Of a stretch of 64,000 nucleotides of DNA, positions 29,887-38,377 are shown in pieces. Under the pieces are notes generated by a model, which saw only the letters and a list, made by a program, of their open reading frames with translations, searched no databases and was not told the origin of the DNA. Origin of the DNA: Nitrospirota bacterium (GTDB lineage: Bacteria > Nitrospirota > Thermodesulfovibrionia > Thermodesulfovibrionales > Dissulfurispiraceae); contig CAWBMP010000004.1 of NCBI GenBank assembly GCA_963790025.1, forward strand, positions 480,001 through 544,000, in the 5' to 3' direction. Each line of letters begins with the position of its first letter. The first letter of the stretch is position 1. The position numbers and the translations under genes are program-made.

Positions 29887-30339
29887 TTATAAAACTTCAT
29901 CGTCACCATAAATTCTTTTGTCTCCAAAAATCTCTGTTTTACCAGATACTGTTCCATTACCAGAAACTATTGCATTACCAGAAACCCTTGCTTTACCACA
30001 AACACGTGCATTACCAAAAACTTGTGCTTCATTAAAAACTCTTGCAAAATCAAAAATGGTTGGACCACCAAAAATTTTTGCATTGTCATAAATCTGTGCT
30101 TAACCATAAATCCTTACATATTGAAAAACCTTTGCATTGCCACAAACTATTGCTTCATCAGCAACCCAACAGTTGCCTTCGTGTGACAAGTTATATTCTT
30201 CTTGTATCCAGCCTCCAAAATCACCTTTTGTTACATTCCCAAAATGATTTAATGCTCGGATTCTGTGTAATACTATTCCTTTTCCAGTCCCATTTTTACT
30301 TCTTATTGTTTCGTCTGTTATTTCGTATTTTTTCATCAT
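29887..30339 (-). pseudogene. Phage-type left-handed beta-helix (hexapeptide repeat) protein with one in-frame TAA
   Basis: MMKKYEIT...LHRIRAL...GDFGGWI..E.NLS..GNCWV, then xAxVxG hexapeptides continuing in frame past TAA at 30100-30102 to a stop at 29887. Confidence 0.75.
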
Positions 30340-30690
30340 TTTTAGTCATCCTTTCGACCTCTCATTTGATGATATTTACATTGTAATGAATGAAGATATA
30401 TATTTGCCACAGTCAACTATAAGCTGCTTATTTCTTCATCACAACAGGACGGATGCTTGAAGGATAATCTTCTGGTTGAATAGGCTGACGGGTTACAAAC
30501 AATTCCTGTTAAGAACTCATGAAAATAATCAGATTTCTTAGCGTATTTTACGCCGAATTATAGCATGCTTTTTTTGCAGATTGGCGGGTGTATAATACTG
30601 ACATGATGGAAGGAATACTTCGACAGGATTAACCATGTTAGCCACAGGTTAACTGGTGGAATATGATACCGAACGTCTGAAGGAGATTAC

Positions 30691-31191
30691 ATGAAAAGAA
30701 CCGTAAAGGAAACCTCAGTAGTGATGGCTCAAGTTATGCTGCCGCAGGATGCAAATCCGGCCGGTAATGTGCATGGTGGCGTGATAATGAAGCTGATTGA
30801 TACAGCAGCAGCTGTGGTATCTTGTCGTCACGCTCGATCAAACACCGTCACCGCTTCTATAGATATGATGGCCTTCCATAACGCTGTATTCGTCGGTGAT
30901 CTGCTTTGGCTTAAGGCATGCGTTAATATGGTTGGCAAGACCTCGATGGAGATTGGTGTCAGGGTGGAGGCGGAAAACTATATTACTGGCGAGATCAGGC
31001 ATACATCGTCGGCATATCTAACCTTTGCTGCTCTTGGTCCTGATGGAAAACCTACGCAAGTGCCCGAGCTGATACTAGACACAGATGACGATAGAAGAAG
31101 GAATCAAGAGGCGATCATGCGGAGGAAGACAAGGCAAGAACTTCGCAGGAAAGAAGAACAATGTAAACGGGATGGTATTTGCCCGATCTAG
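30691..31191 (+). CDS. Acyl-CoA thioesterase (YciA-like hotdog fold)
   Basis: DANPAGNVHGG, VTASID, GKTSMEIGV. Confidence 0.92.
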   Translation: MKRTVKETSVVMAQVMLPQDANPAGNVHGGVIMKLIDTAAAVVSCRHARSNTVTASIDMMAFHNAVFVGDLLWLKACVNMVGKTSMEIGVRVEAENYITGEIRHTSSAYLTFAALGPDGKPTQVPELILDTDDDRRRNQEAIMRRKTRQELRRKEEQCKRDGICPI

Positions 31192-31250
31192 GTCCTATAG
31201 TGCCCGAAGAATACGAAAGATTGCTGGGGTCAGGCTTGCGTTCAGTGCAT

Positions 31251-31325
31251 TTAGTGCTTCCGATTGCCACGGACTATTACATGATAAAATGCTCCGGGAT
31301 ATTCTATGCGTGGCGCCCTTGCCAT
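31251..31325 (-). pseudogene. N-terminal 24-aa remnant of a REP-associated tyrosine transposase (RAYT, IS200-like HUH)
   Basis: MARAPRIEYPGAFYHVIVRGNRKH* matches the MARxxRIxxPGxxYHVxxRGN start of RAYT/Y1 transposases. Confidence 0.8.
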
Positions 31326-31401
31326 GATGCCAAAATGTAGCACACTTAAATGCACGTATGCAAGCCTGAACATCCCGCTGGAATTTTCAATATATTTTTT
31401 C

Positions 31402-32601
31402 TTATTTAGATAAGATGTACCCTCTGTTCTCCTTCAGCATCTTGAAAATAACACGGCAAAGATGACGACCAAGCGCACGTAGTGCCTGGTTATGTTTCTT
31501 GCCTTCAGCTCTTTTTTTCTCATAATATTGTTGAGACTGCGGAACTTGTTTTCGGTGCCGATCTACGGCAACCATCATTGCGGCCTTAGCCCGAGTATTA
31601 ACCTGCGTTGGTGGTTTTGATCCTTTTTGCTTGCCTGAACTATTGTCAAGATTCGCCATCCCAATATACAGAGCCAGACTTGCTTCGCTGCCAAAGCGCT
31701 CGATAGTTCCAATCTCTCCGGCGAGTTCAGATGTACAAATGGAACCGAATCCTGGAATGGTTGCGAGCGTTTGCGCAATATCCGAGCCGTGTGCAACACC
31801 CTCCATCTTTGCTTCAAGTGATTTTATCTTGGCATGGAGTTCCATCACGCGGATTGCATCTTCCTGGATCATTTCACCGACCCACTCGACGTCGTGACTA
31901 AACTGTGCTGTTTTCTGCCATTCAACAATAACAGAGGCATATTTCTTACCAATGCCCGGGATCTTGCGGATAGTTGTTTCCCGCATGCGTGCAAGCGTGC
32001 GAAGGTCATCCGTGCTGGTCAGAAATCCAAGAAACCACATATTGTCGGCCTCACCGGTAATCTCCAGAAGTCCCGGACATACAGCGTGAAGATCGGCCTG
32101 TAGGTTGTTTACTACCCGTACTCGCTCATCGACCAAACGACGCCGGCGCCGTGATAGCCGCTTTAGAATGTCGTTGTCCCGCGGCGTTTTGCGTACCTCC
32201 TGCAGCACATCCTTGGCTATCGGCAGATGATCTCGAAGCTGAAAAAGCTCCAGTCCTTTCCTTGCGTCGATTGCATCGGTCTTCGCGGCACCGGGGAATA
32301 TCTCCTTGAATCGAGCAAGCTTGAGATTGTTGATATTGAAGAGGCGATAATTGCGGGCTCGAACGAGCGTGTCCAGCGGACGTGCGTAGCCGTTGAAGCC
32401 CTCCATTGCTACGGCAACGGGACAACTAAACCTTTGCTCCTGCTTCTCGATGCGACAGAAGAATTGCCGGAACCCTTCAGGTTCATGCACGATTGAGAAT
32501 TCATCGAGGACTTCACCGCTGGATAGGCCGATTGCAACGTTGTGACTGCGGCAGCCAATATCGACGCTTACACGCAGTTCGAGGGGATCATCTTTTTTCA
32601 T
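31402..32601 (-). CDS. IS110 family DEDD recombinase/transposase
   Basis: VDIG, MEG, KTDAIDA (D-E-D-D), IPGFG, AGEIG..ERF, DNSSGK catalytic-Ser region, K..ALRALGR. Confidence 0.95.
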   Translation of the reverse strand: MKKDDPLELRVSVDIGCRSHNVAIGLSSGEVLDEFSIVHEPEGFRQFFCRIEKQEQRFSCPVAVAMEGFNGYARPLDTLVRARNYRLFNINNLKLARFKEIFPGAAKTDAIDARKGLELFQLRDHLPIAKDVLQEVRKTPRDNDILKRLSRRRRRLVDERVRVVNNLQADLHAVCPGLLEITGEADNMWFLGFLTSTDDLRTLARMRETTIRKIPGIGKKYASVIVEWQKTAQFSHDVEWVGEMIQEDAIRVMELHAKIKSLEAKMEGVAHGSDIAQTLATIPGFGSICTSELAGEIGTIERFGSEASLALYIGMANLDNSSGKQKGSKPPTQVNTRAKAAMMVAVDRHRKQVPQSQQYYEKKRAEGKKHNQALRALGRHLCRVIFKMLKENRGYILSK

Positions 32602-32619
32602 GTAGTCTCCTTTGCAGAC

Positions 32620-32820
32620 AAGATTATCATCCTCAGGTCTCGTCTACTTACAGAGCCACATTTGGCACCATCCCGGTCGACCCTTTTGAGGATGATGCAG
32701 ATGACGGAGGCGGCATTTCAGACTCAAGTGAGCCTGAATGAACAGGCCACTGACCCCACAAGCCACACCCCCGTTAAGCATATCTTACATGAATAAAGCT
32801 GCCATAGTCATCTGCATAAA
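32620..32820 (-). ncRNA. Predicted IS110 bridge RNA (5' target-binding loop, 3' donor-binding loop)
   Basis: Stems 32626-32635/32687-32696, 32695-32705/32807-32817 and 32732-32736/32743-32747; loop segments match the reconstructed target and donor junctions. Confidence 0.8.
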
Positions 32821-32900
32821 TCCTATGGTAGACCCCATTGTTTCCGTTTAAACCTATATCTCCCCCTTGTCACTTGCGTTAACAGCCACAAACTTGACTA

Positions 32901-33179
32901 TTACTCTGCTTCGTCGAGTCCCTTATTTAAAGCGCCTTCTATAAGCGTTATATGCCGCCCGACATTTTCAGCGAGCACCGCAATTTCTTTAAAATTGCGG
33001 GGGCGTTCGTTCTCCGGGATCGCTTCAAGTGCAAGCGCGAGCAGGTGCACATTGTGATAAAGATCCTCCAGACGCCTCCGTACTGGTCCCTCACGATCCT
33101 GAAACTTCTCTATCCAATTTGCAGCTCTTTCGATCTCTGCCTCCAATTCTTCATATGTTTTTTTCTTAGCCTCCGCCAT
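32901..33179 (-). CDS. Hypothetical helical protein
   Basis: 92-aa ORF with GAGGAG RBS. Confidence 0.65.
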   Translation of the reverse strand: MAEAKKKTYEELEAEIERAANWIEKFQDREGPVRRRLEDLYHNVHLLALALEAIPENERPRNFKEIAVLAENVGRHITLIEGALNKGLDEAE

Positions 33180-33205
33180 TTTAACTCTCCTCTTTTGGTG
33201 ATTTT

Positions 33206-33307
33206 TTAAATAGCCTCTTCAAGCAATTTAATGTATTCCTCTTTTTTATTCTTCTTCTTCGCTGTTTCCAATTTTAGTAATATATCATCCAGCTTTTTCT
33301 TAACCAT
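33206..33307 (-). CDS. Possible 33-aa lysine-rich peptide (MVKKKLDDILLKLETAKKKNKKEEYIKLLEEAI)
   Basis: GAGGGG RBS; co-oriented immediately upstream of ORF 32901-33179. Confidence 0.4.
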   Translation of the reverse strand: MVKKKLDDILLKLETAKKKNKKEEYIKLLEEAI

Positions 33308-33744
33308 ATTTTTCCCCTCTATGAGCAGTAACTAAAAACCGCTCCTGTTATCACCGCGTTTGTGAGTATACCTATAATGATAGCGCTCCTCAAAGAAGAA
33401 TATCAAAGAATTCTTGATAATAATATTCTTCAGATGAGTATCCAGGCAGTTAGAGAACAGTTTCATCCGTTGCACTTCAGCGACATAAAGATAATAGATT
33501 CCATTCTGTGGGGATTTGTTTCGAAGGCAAAAGGTGGTGCTTTACTTTACCGAGATATTCAATACTTATGAGTTGAGAGGTGGACCCCATTGCGGCCGAT
33601 TTGAGATAGAAAATCCCCTGCCGTCAGCCAGCATTCGGTAAACCACATAGCGAGTGCAGAAGCAATGTTTCAAGTGGAAACCAACGCCCTTGGAGAGTTG
33701 ACTGACGTGTTGAGTTTCAGGTGCAGTAGAGCTCGGGTAAAAGT

Positions 33745-34638
33745 TCACTTCACGAGTTTCTCTAGTTCCTCAAGGCTGAACGAACTCTCATAAGTCCGTT
33801 TCATCCACCTGGCACAAAGGTTGGCGCTCAGCGGTATCCCAATGGGAGAAATCCCAAGTTTAATACAAAGCCGCATAGCTTGAGCCAGCTCCGGAATGCA
33901 AGCAATCCCGAGTGCTCCGATGTCCGGATGCTCTGCCTTTAGCCTCCCGAAGAGTTTTTTCTGGTCTATCGTTATCGATATGTAAGGCCGGATATCGTAC
34001 TTCGCAAGCAGCTTGCTGCCTAAACGTATAAAACAATCCTCGGTACAACCCATACAGACATGCTCGATATCTCCAGGGACTGAACTGCACTGTGGTCTGA
34101 AATCTCTCAGGCAATGAGGAAGGAGCGCAAACTTGTAGCTACTTTTCTTGAAAGCATTCTTGTATATTCGGTTAACCAGTTCGATCTCAAGCATGTAAAG
34201 ATGATATCTTTCCTCTCGCGTTCCGATGGTCTTGTCGAACCTCTGAGAAAATGGGATGTTCTTTAAATGCTCATTAACCCCCCGCGTATATGTGTGAAGC
34301 GCTTCATATAGTTTCTTTCGCATGAGAGCGATGAGGGCATCATCACATGCATAGGCCAACTTCTTTTTGAACCTCATTCCACCCGCTTTCTGGACGTGAA
34401 AGAGGAGGATGCGTTGATCCGGACAAAGGACTAAAAGACTTTCTACGATGGCGTGTATGGTGCTGAAGTATTGATCAGTTGATAAATCGACTCCGAATAG
34501 AGAGTAAGTCTTGCCTGAAACTGCTTTGTATGATCTATCCACTTTTTTATTATAACTCGCAGAAAGAGCCCTACGGAAGGAGCGAAACATCAGTTTCAGT
34601 CGGGAATTGATATCCTTGGCGAACAAGCAAAGGTGCAT
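33745..34638 (-). CDS. DUF116 domain protein
   Basis: LLPHCLR...C...C..C...C and GIACIPEL...GIPL...C Cys pattern; true start may be downstream. Confidence 0.75.
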   Translation of the reverse strand: MHLCLFAKDINSRLKLMFRSFRRALSASYNKKVDRSYKAVSGKTYSLFGVDLSTDQYFSTIHAIVESLLVLCPDQRILLFHVQKAGGMRFKKKLAYACDDALIALMRKKLYEALHTYTRGVNEHLKNIPFSQRFDKTIGTREERYHLYMLEIELVNRIYKNAFKKSSYKFALLPHCLRDFRPQCSSVPGDIEHVCMGCTEDCFIRLGSKLLAKYDIRPYISITIDQKKLFGRLKAEHPDIGALGIACIPELAQAMRLCIKLGISPIGIPLSANLCARWMKRTYESSFSLEELEKLVK

Positions 34639-34681
34639 ACCCGACTACTGCTCAGGTATTGGGCGCTGAAACAGTTGCGCA

Positions 34682-34879
34682 TTGAGGAACAAATGGAATG
34701 AAGCATTTGAGTTATCCAAAGTTCCCCATGTCAATTTGAACGTAGCTACCCGTCATTCTGGATACAGTCAGAAGCTTTATTTGGCACATAAAAAGGTTGA
34801 TAATGAAGCCGCCATAGAGTTTGGAGATAGTCAACAAGTGGGTAATTCCAAGTATAGGTTAGACATAAAAGGTTCGTAG
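34682..34879 (+). pseudogene. C-terminal remnant of a tyrosine integrase
   Basis: LRNKWNEAFELSKVPHVNLNVATRHSGYSQ resembles the WxxAxxxxxVxxxxLYxxTRHSxxSQ box of phage integrases; lies 45 bp from the att repeat. Confidence 0.5.
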
Positions 34880-34923
34880 AAGTTGCATTAATGGTTAAAA
34901 AAGTGTTATAAATCAAATATCGA

Positions 34924-34950
34924 TCGGAGGTTCGAATCCTCTCGCCCGGA
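34924..34950 (+). repeat. att-like duplicate of the tRNA-Pro 3' end
   Basis: TCGGAGGTTCGAATCCTCTCGCCCGGA vs tRNA TCGGAGGTTCAAATCCTCTCGCCCCGA. Confidence 0.85.
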
Positions 34951-34964
34951 TTTTATTTCACAGA

Positions 34965-35570
34965 CTAGAAGGCGAAATCGCACTCTGCCTGTCTGCAGCT
35001 CTTTGCCGCCTTTATGACCTTTTCTGCCGAATCGAACCCGAGCGCCATCATTTCCCGCAACTGTATCTGAAAGATCTGTGCGGCAAAGAAGGCATCTGCA
35101 GCGGCATTATGCCGGTAAGACCGTTGCAGGCCATAAGCCGCCATCATACCGTCAAGGCTTAAATCCTTTTCTTCCATTTTCCGTTTTCGCCTCAGCCAGC
35201 GCTCCACCATTGCTATGTCTATAAGATCTCTTTTGAATTTCACTCCCAAGGCCTTGAAATTTGTTTTCAAAAAAGTGAAATCAAACTCGACAGTATGGCC
35301 AACGAGTATGCCATCGAGGACCTTAAGAATCCGGTCCGAGACCTCCTCAAATACCGGCGCATCCATGAGATTGTCCTTGCTTATCCCGTGGTACCTCATT
35401 GCTTTGTAGTCGTAACTTTTAGGTTTAATCAGGGTGTAAAAAGTATCCCGCACAAGGATTTTTAAATTAATAACAGGTACACAGGCGAAGGATATAATCT
35501 CATCCTTGTCGAAGTTTAATCCTGTTGTCTCGATGTCAATGGCATAAAATTGGGCAGTTTTCAAGTCCAT
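34965..35570 (-). CDS. DEDDh 3'-5' exonuclease (DnaQ-like)
   Basis: IDIETTGL, HGIS, VGHTVEFD, HNAAADA. Confidence 0.9.
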   Translation of the reverse strand: MDLKTAQFYAIDIETTGLNFDKDEIISFACVPVINLKILVRDTFYTLIKPKSYDYKAMRYHGISKDNLMDAPVFEEVSDRILKVLDGILVGHTVEFDFTFLKTNFKALGVKFKRDLIDIAMVERWLRRKRKMEEKDLSLDGMMAAYGLQRSYRHNAAADAFFAAQIFQIQLREMMALGFDSAEKVIKAAKSCRQAECDFAF

Positions 35571-35588
35571 GTAACGATGTCTTCCAAC

Positions 35589-37418
35589 CTATAGTTGACT
35601 ATACATTATTGTTCGACTAACGTCATATCTTTTCATCAGGAACTTCTGAAATTCAGAGACGATCTTAAGAGACTCCTTCAGTATGAGCAAATCGACCTGT
35701 GACAGTTCCTTTGAGGCGACCAGATTGTCCATAGCAGACTGATTCAATACCGTCCGTGCCTGATGTCTCAGCCTTAACCCCTGCAAAAAACCGAACGACT
35801 CGATAAGATCGTGGCACATTTGCCCGCTGATCGTTGCGTTGGCGCTCAACGCCTCCAATCTCTCTCTGGTGTTGGTCCTCGCCCATATCCCGCTGTCTAT
35901 AGCGAGGACCCTTGCGCCGTTAACAATCGGATAAATACCATAGGTCTTCAGGTCCACACCCTGACGCAGACCTAATATTCCGAATATTCCAAGTGGAGGC
36001 CTGATTTCAATCGCATCTTCAGCCATCAGCTTCAGGGCCTCGGCTTTCACTAAGTCCTTAATCGACTCCAGCAAGTCGTCGTACAGGTCTGTCTCCCCGT
36101 ATACAGGTCTCATATCGAGAAACACGGAGAGGTACCGGAGATGAAAAGGGATCGGGTCTGAAAACCACTGTTTAAAGTATTCTCTCCACACCCGCAGGGG
36201 TTGATTCCACATGCTGTTGGATGCCATGTAGTTTCCGCGGCATTTGGGAACCCCGATGACAGCCAACGTTTCACTAATATCGTCGGCTAATGTTACGGGG
36301 ATGTCTCCTTCGTAAATTATAGCGTTGTCCTGGTCGGTCCCGATGATCTCTTCTTTTCTGCCGGAACTGCCCATATGCATCCACAGGAACTGAGCAGGAG
36401 CATGTCTGCCGATAAGTATCTCAATGACCTTGGACACTACAGCGTCATGAACAGTGCATAACATCCTGGTCAGGTCATAGAAATTAGGACCCGACATCGC
36501 AATCTTTGAGACTGATACCCTGAGACTGTCAAAAACGGTTTTGAGCTCGTCTATAGAAGTTGCCCGATTGATCCTTCTGAAAAGCTTCACTATGGAGAAG
36601 GAGGGTTCCAGATGGACCTGAATGTCCTTTCTTGTGATAATACCGCAGACCTTATCGTCTTTAGTGACAACAAGGTGGTCTATTCCGGCATCGATCATTT
36701 TTGTAAAGGCATCGAATATCGTTGCCTGCGCGTCTACTGTCTTAACAGGAGATGACATGAACCCGGTAACAGGGTCCAGCCTGTCGCCCCGGATCAATAC
36801 CTTTCTCAGGTCCTCATCGGTCAGTATGCCGACCGGCTTTGCATCATTGTCCACAATGATGATCGAACTGACCGAATTCTTGTCCATCTCAGAAGCAGCG
36901 CTTAGTATCGTAATATCAGGGCTGCAAACAATAGGTTTTTTATATATAATCCTCTCAACCTCAAGAACGAATGAGGCCTCCTCAAGGATCTTCTTGTCAG
37001 ATGCAATGGTCTTGAATGACCGGAGTCTCCTGTTGATTAAAGTCGAGAAAAACAATGCAAATCTCTCATTGGCATCGAAGACAGCCTTAAATTGCCGGTA
37101 AGCTACCGAATAGCAAACGGTGTCCTCGATCGCCCTGGCAGTCGTATTCAACAGGCGTCCAAAAAGTGATATAATGCCGAATATCTCGCCTCTTGCAAGG
37201 TAGTCGACTACTGTTTCGTCATCATAGAGGCCGACAAGTCCGGAGAATATCAAATAAACGTATTCAGAGGTCTGTCCCTTTTTATAGATTGTCTTCCCTT
37301 TTTCAAACAACTCGACTTCTAATCCGGATATTATGATGTCCAGCTCATTTTCCGACAAAAAGGAAAAGGGACGTATCTTGCGTATAAACTCCTGCGGTGG
37401 AATCATCAATAATATCAT
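35589..37418 (-). CDS. cNMP-binding/CBS/nucleotidyltransferase/DUF294 signal-transduction protein
   Basis: cNMP domain, two CBS, MGSSGRKE..TDQDNAI, C.GNYMASN, DLKTYG; usual partner of the adjacent exonuclease. Confidence 0.92.
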   Translation of the reverse strand: MILLMIPPQEFIRKIRPFSFLSENELDIIISGLEVELFEKGKTIYKKGQTSEYVYLIFSGLVGLYDDETVVDYLARGEIFGIISLFGRLLNTTARAIEDTVCYSVAYRQFKAVFDANERFALFFSTLINRRLRSFKTIASDKKILEEASFVLEVERIIYKKPIVCSPDITILSAASEMDKNSVSSIIIVDNDAKPVGILTDEDLRKVLIRGDRLDPVTGFMSSPVKTVDAQATIFDAFTKMIDAGIDHLVVTKDDKVCGIITRKDIQVHLEPSFSIVKLFRRINRATSIDELKTVFDSLRVSVSKIAMSGPNFYDLTRMLCTVHDAVVSKVIEILIGRHAPAQFLWMHMGSSGRKEEIIGTDQDNAIIYEGDIPVTLADDISETLAVIGVPKCRGNYMASNSMWNQPLRVWREYFKQWFSDPIPFHLRYLSVFLDMRPVYGETDLYDDLLESIKDLVKAEALKLMAEDAIEIRPPLGIFGILGLRQGVDLKTYGIYPIVNGARVLAIDSGIWARTNTRERLEALSANATISGQMCHDLIESFGFLQGLRLRHQARTVLNQSAMDNLVASKELSQVDLLILKESLKIVSEFQKFLMKRYDVSRTIMYSQL

Positions 37419-37446
37419 ACCATAAGGGTAGTGGTCCGATGAGTTC

Positions 37447-37509
37447 TGTTGTCAACAAATAGAGTTGTCCGGTTTTAGAGCAAATAAACTGTCCGGTGAG
37501 TTCTTGACA
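37447..37509. mobile_element. Solo IS end remnant (ISNCY-like CCGGACA repeats)
   Basis: Minus strand TGTCAAG...CCGGACAGTTTATTTGCTCTAAAACCGGACAACTCTATTTGTTGACAACA; no transposase. Confidence 0.4.
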
Positions 37510-37601
37510 GAGGGAGAAAGTGTGATAGCATTTAAAAAAGAACCGGGAAGGAGCCCTATGCTCATTAGTTTGAAGGAACGCCGGGCCAGGTAAGATTATA
37601 G

Positions 37602-38177
37602 ATGAAACGTTGTGAATGGGCCAATGGAAGTGATATCGAACAGTCTTATCATGATAATGAATGGGGAGTAGAAAAACATGATGACAGAACACTGTTAGAA
37701 TTCCTCATCCTGGAGGGCGCTCAGGCTGGATTGAGTTGGTCTACCATCCTTAAAAAGCGTGAAGGTTACAGAAAGGCCTTCGATAATTTCGATGCCCGGA
37801 AAATTGCCCGATACTCGGAGAAGAAGATTTCCATGTTGCTCGCCAATCCTGAGATCATAAGAAACAGGCTCAAAATCAACTCGACTATCACCAACGCCAG
37901 GGCATTCCTGAATGTACAGAATGAATTTGGAAGCTTCGATAAATACATTTGGAGATTCGTGAATGGGAAACCCATCAGGAATTCATGGAAAAACATATCG
38001 GATATCCCCTCCAGAACCCCTGAGTCGGATGCCATGAGTAAGGATTTGAAGAAAAGAGGTTTCAAATTCGTCGGTGCGACAATTTGTTATGCGTTCATGC
38101 AGGCAGTGGGCATGATAAACGATCATGTTGTGGGCTGCTTCAGATACAAAGATAGAGGTGGAGTGAAGCATATTTAA
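37602..38177 (+). CDS. tag: DNA-3-methyladenine glycosylase I
   Basis: RCEW, YHDNEWG, LEGAQAGLSW, IIRNRLKI, GFKFVG, MQAVG..NDH...C. Confidence 0.95.
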   Translation: MKRCEWANGSDIEQSYHDNEWGVEKHDDRTLLEFLILEGAQAGLSWSTILKKREGYRKAFDNFDARKIARYSEKKISMLLANPEIIRNRLKINSTITNARAFLNVQNEFGSFDKYIWRFVNGKPIRNSWKNISDIPSRTPESDAMSKDLKKRGFKFVGATICYAFMQAVGMINDHVVGCFRYKDRGGVKHI

Positions 38178-38377
38178 CATATATGGACTTTTTCAGAGTA
38201 TCATTTTGACCGGCATATTTAGACAGGAAATTCTTGCACTTGGCAATTGACTTCCTCCAAAAATCCGCTCAATGGCTGCGGCGCTACGGGCTGTGACTTT
38301 GCACTTACGAACAAACACTCCTGCTAATCCGAATCAGTATCAAGAACGTGAGCACAAGTTCATGTATATGCAAAAAC

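Larger units (their letters stand above)
31368..32832 (-). mobile_element. Complete IS110-family element, 2-nt core TC (GA on + strand) at both ends
   Basis: Removing 31370-32832 restores the interrupted inverted repeat GCAAGCCTGACCCCA; short right end, ~230-nt non-coding left end. Confidence 0.88.
31225..32837 (-). mobile_element. RAYT-derived miniature element whose right inverted repeat is split by an IS110 insertion
   Basis: Left IR TGGGGTCAGGCTTGC...GTGCATTTA (31225-31253); right IR TAAATGCAC...GCAAGCCTGA (31347-31369) plus CCCCA (32833-32837). Confidence 0.75.

Noticed and set aside
29796..30386. His/Gln/Lys-repeat plus-strand ORFs
   Set aside because: Antisense reading of the hexapeptide-repeat pseudogene.
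32493..32796. Two short plus-strand ORFs over the IS110 left end
   Set aside because: The region is better explained as the structured bridge RNA on the minus strand.
33362..33571. 69-aa ORF, possibly a gene fragment
   Set aside because: No RBS or recognisable family; cannot support a call.
34965..37418. Nucleotidyltransferase plus exonuclease pair as a novel defence system
   Set aside because: The cNMP-CBS-NT-DUF294 plus DEDDh pair is a widespread known module, not CBASS-like.
38245..38370. Possible IS/MITE end downstream of tag (TTGACTTCCTCCAAAAATCC...GCTGCGGCGCTACG)
   Set aside because: No matching second end or transposase fragment found in the window.
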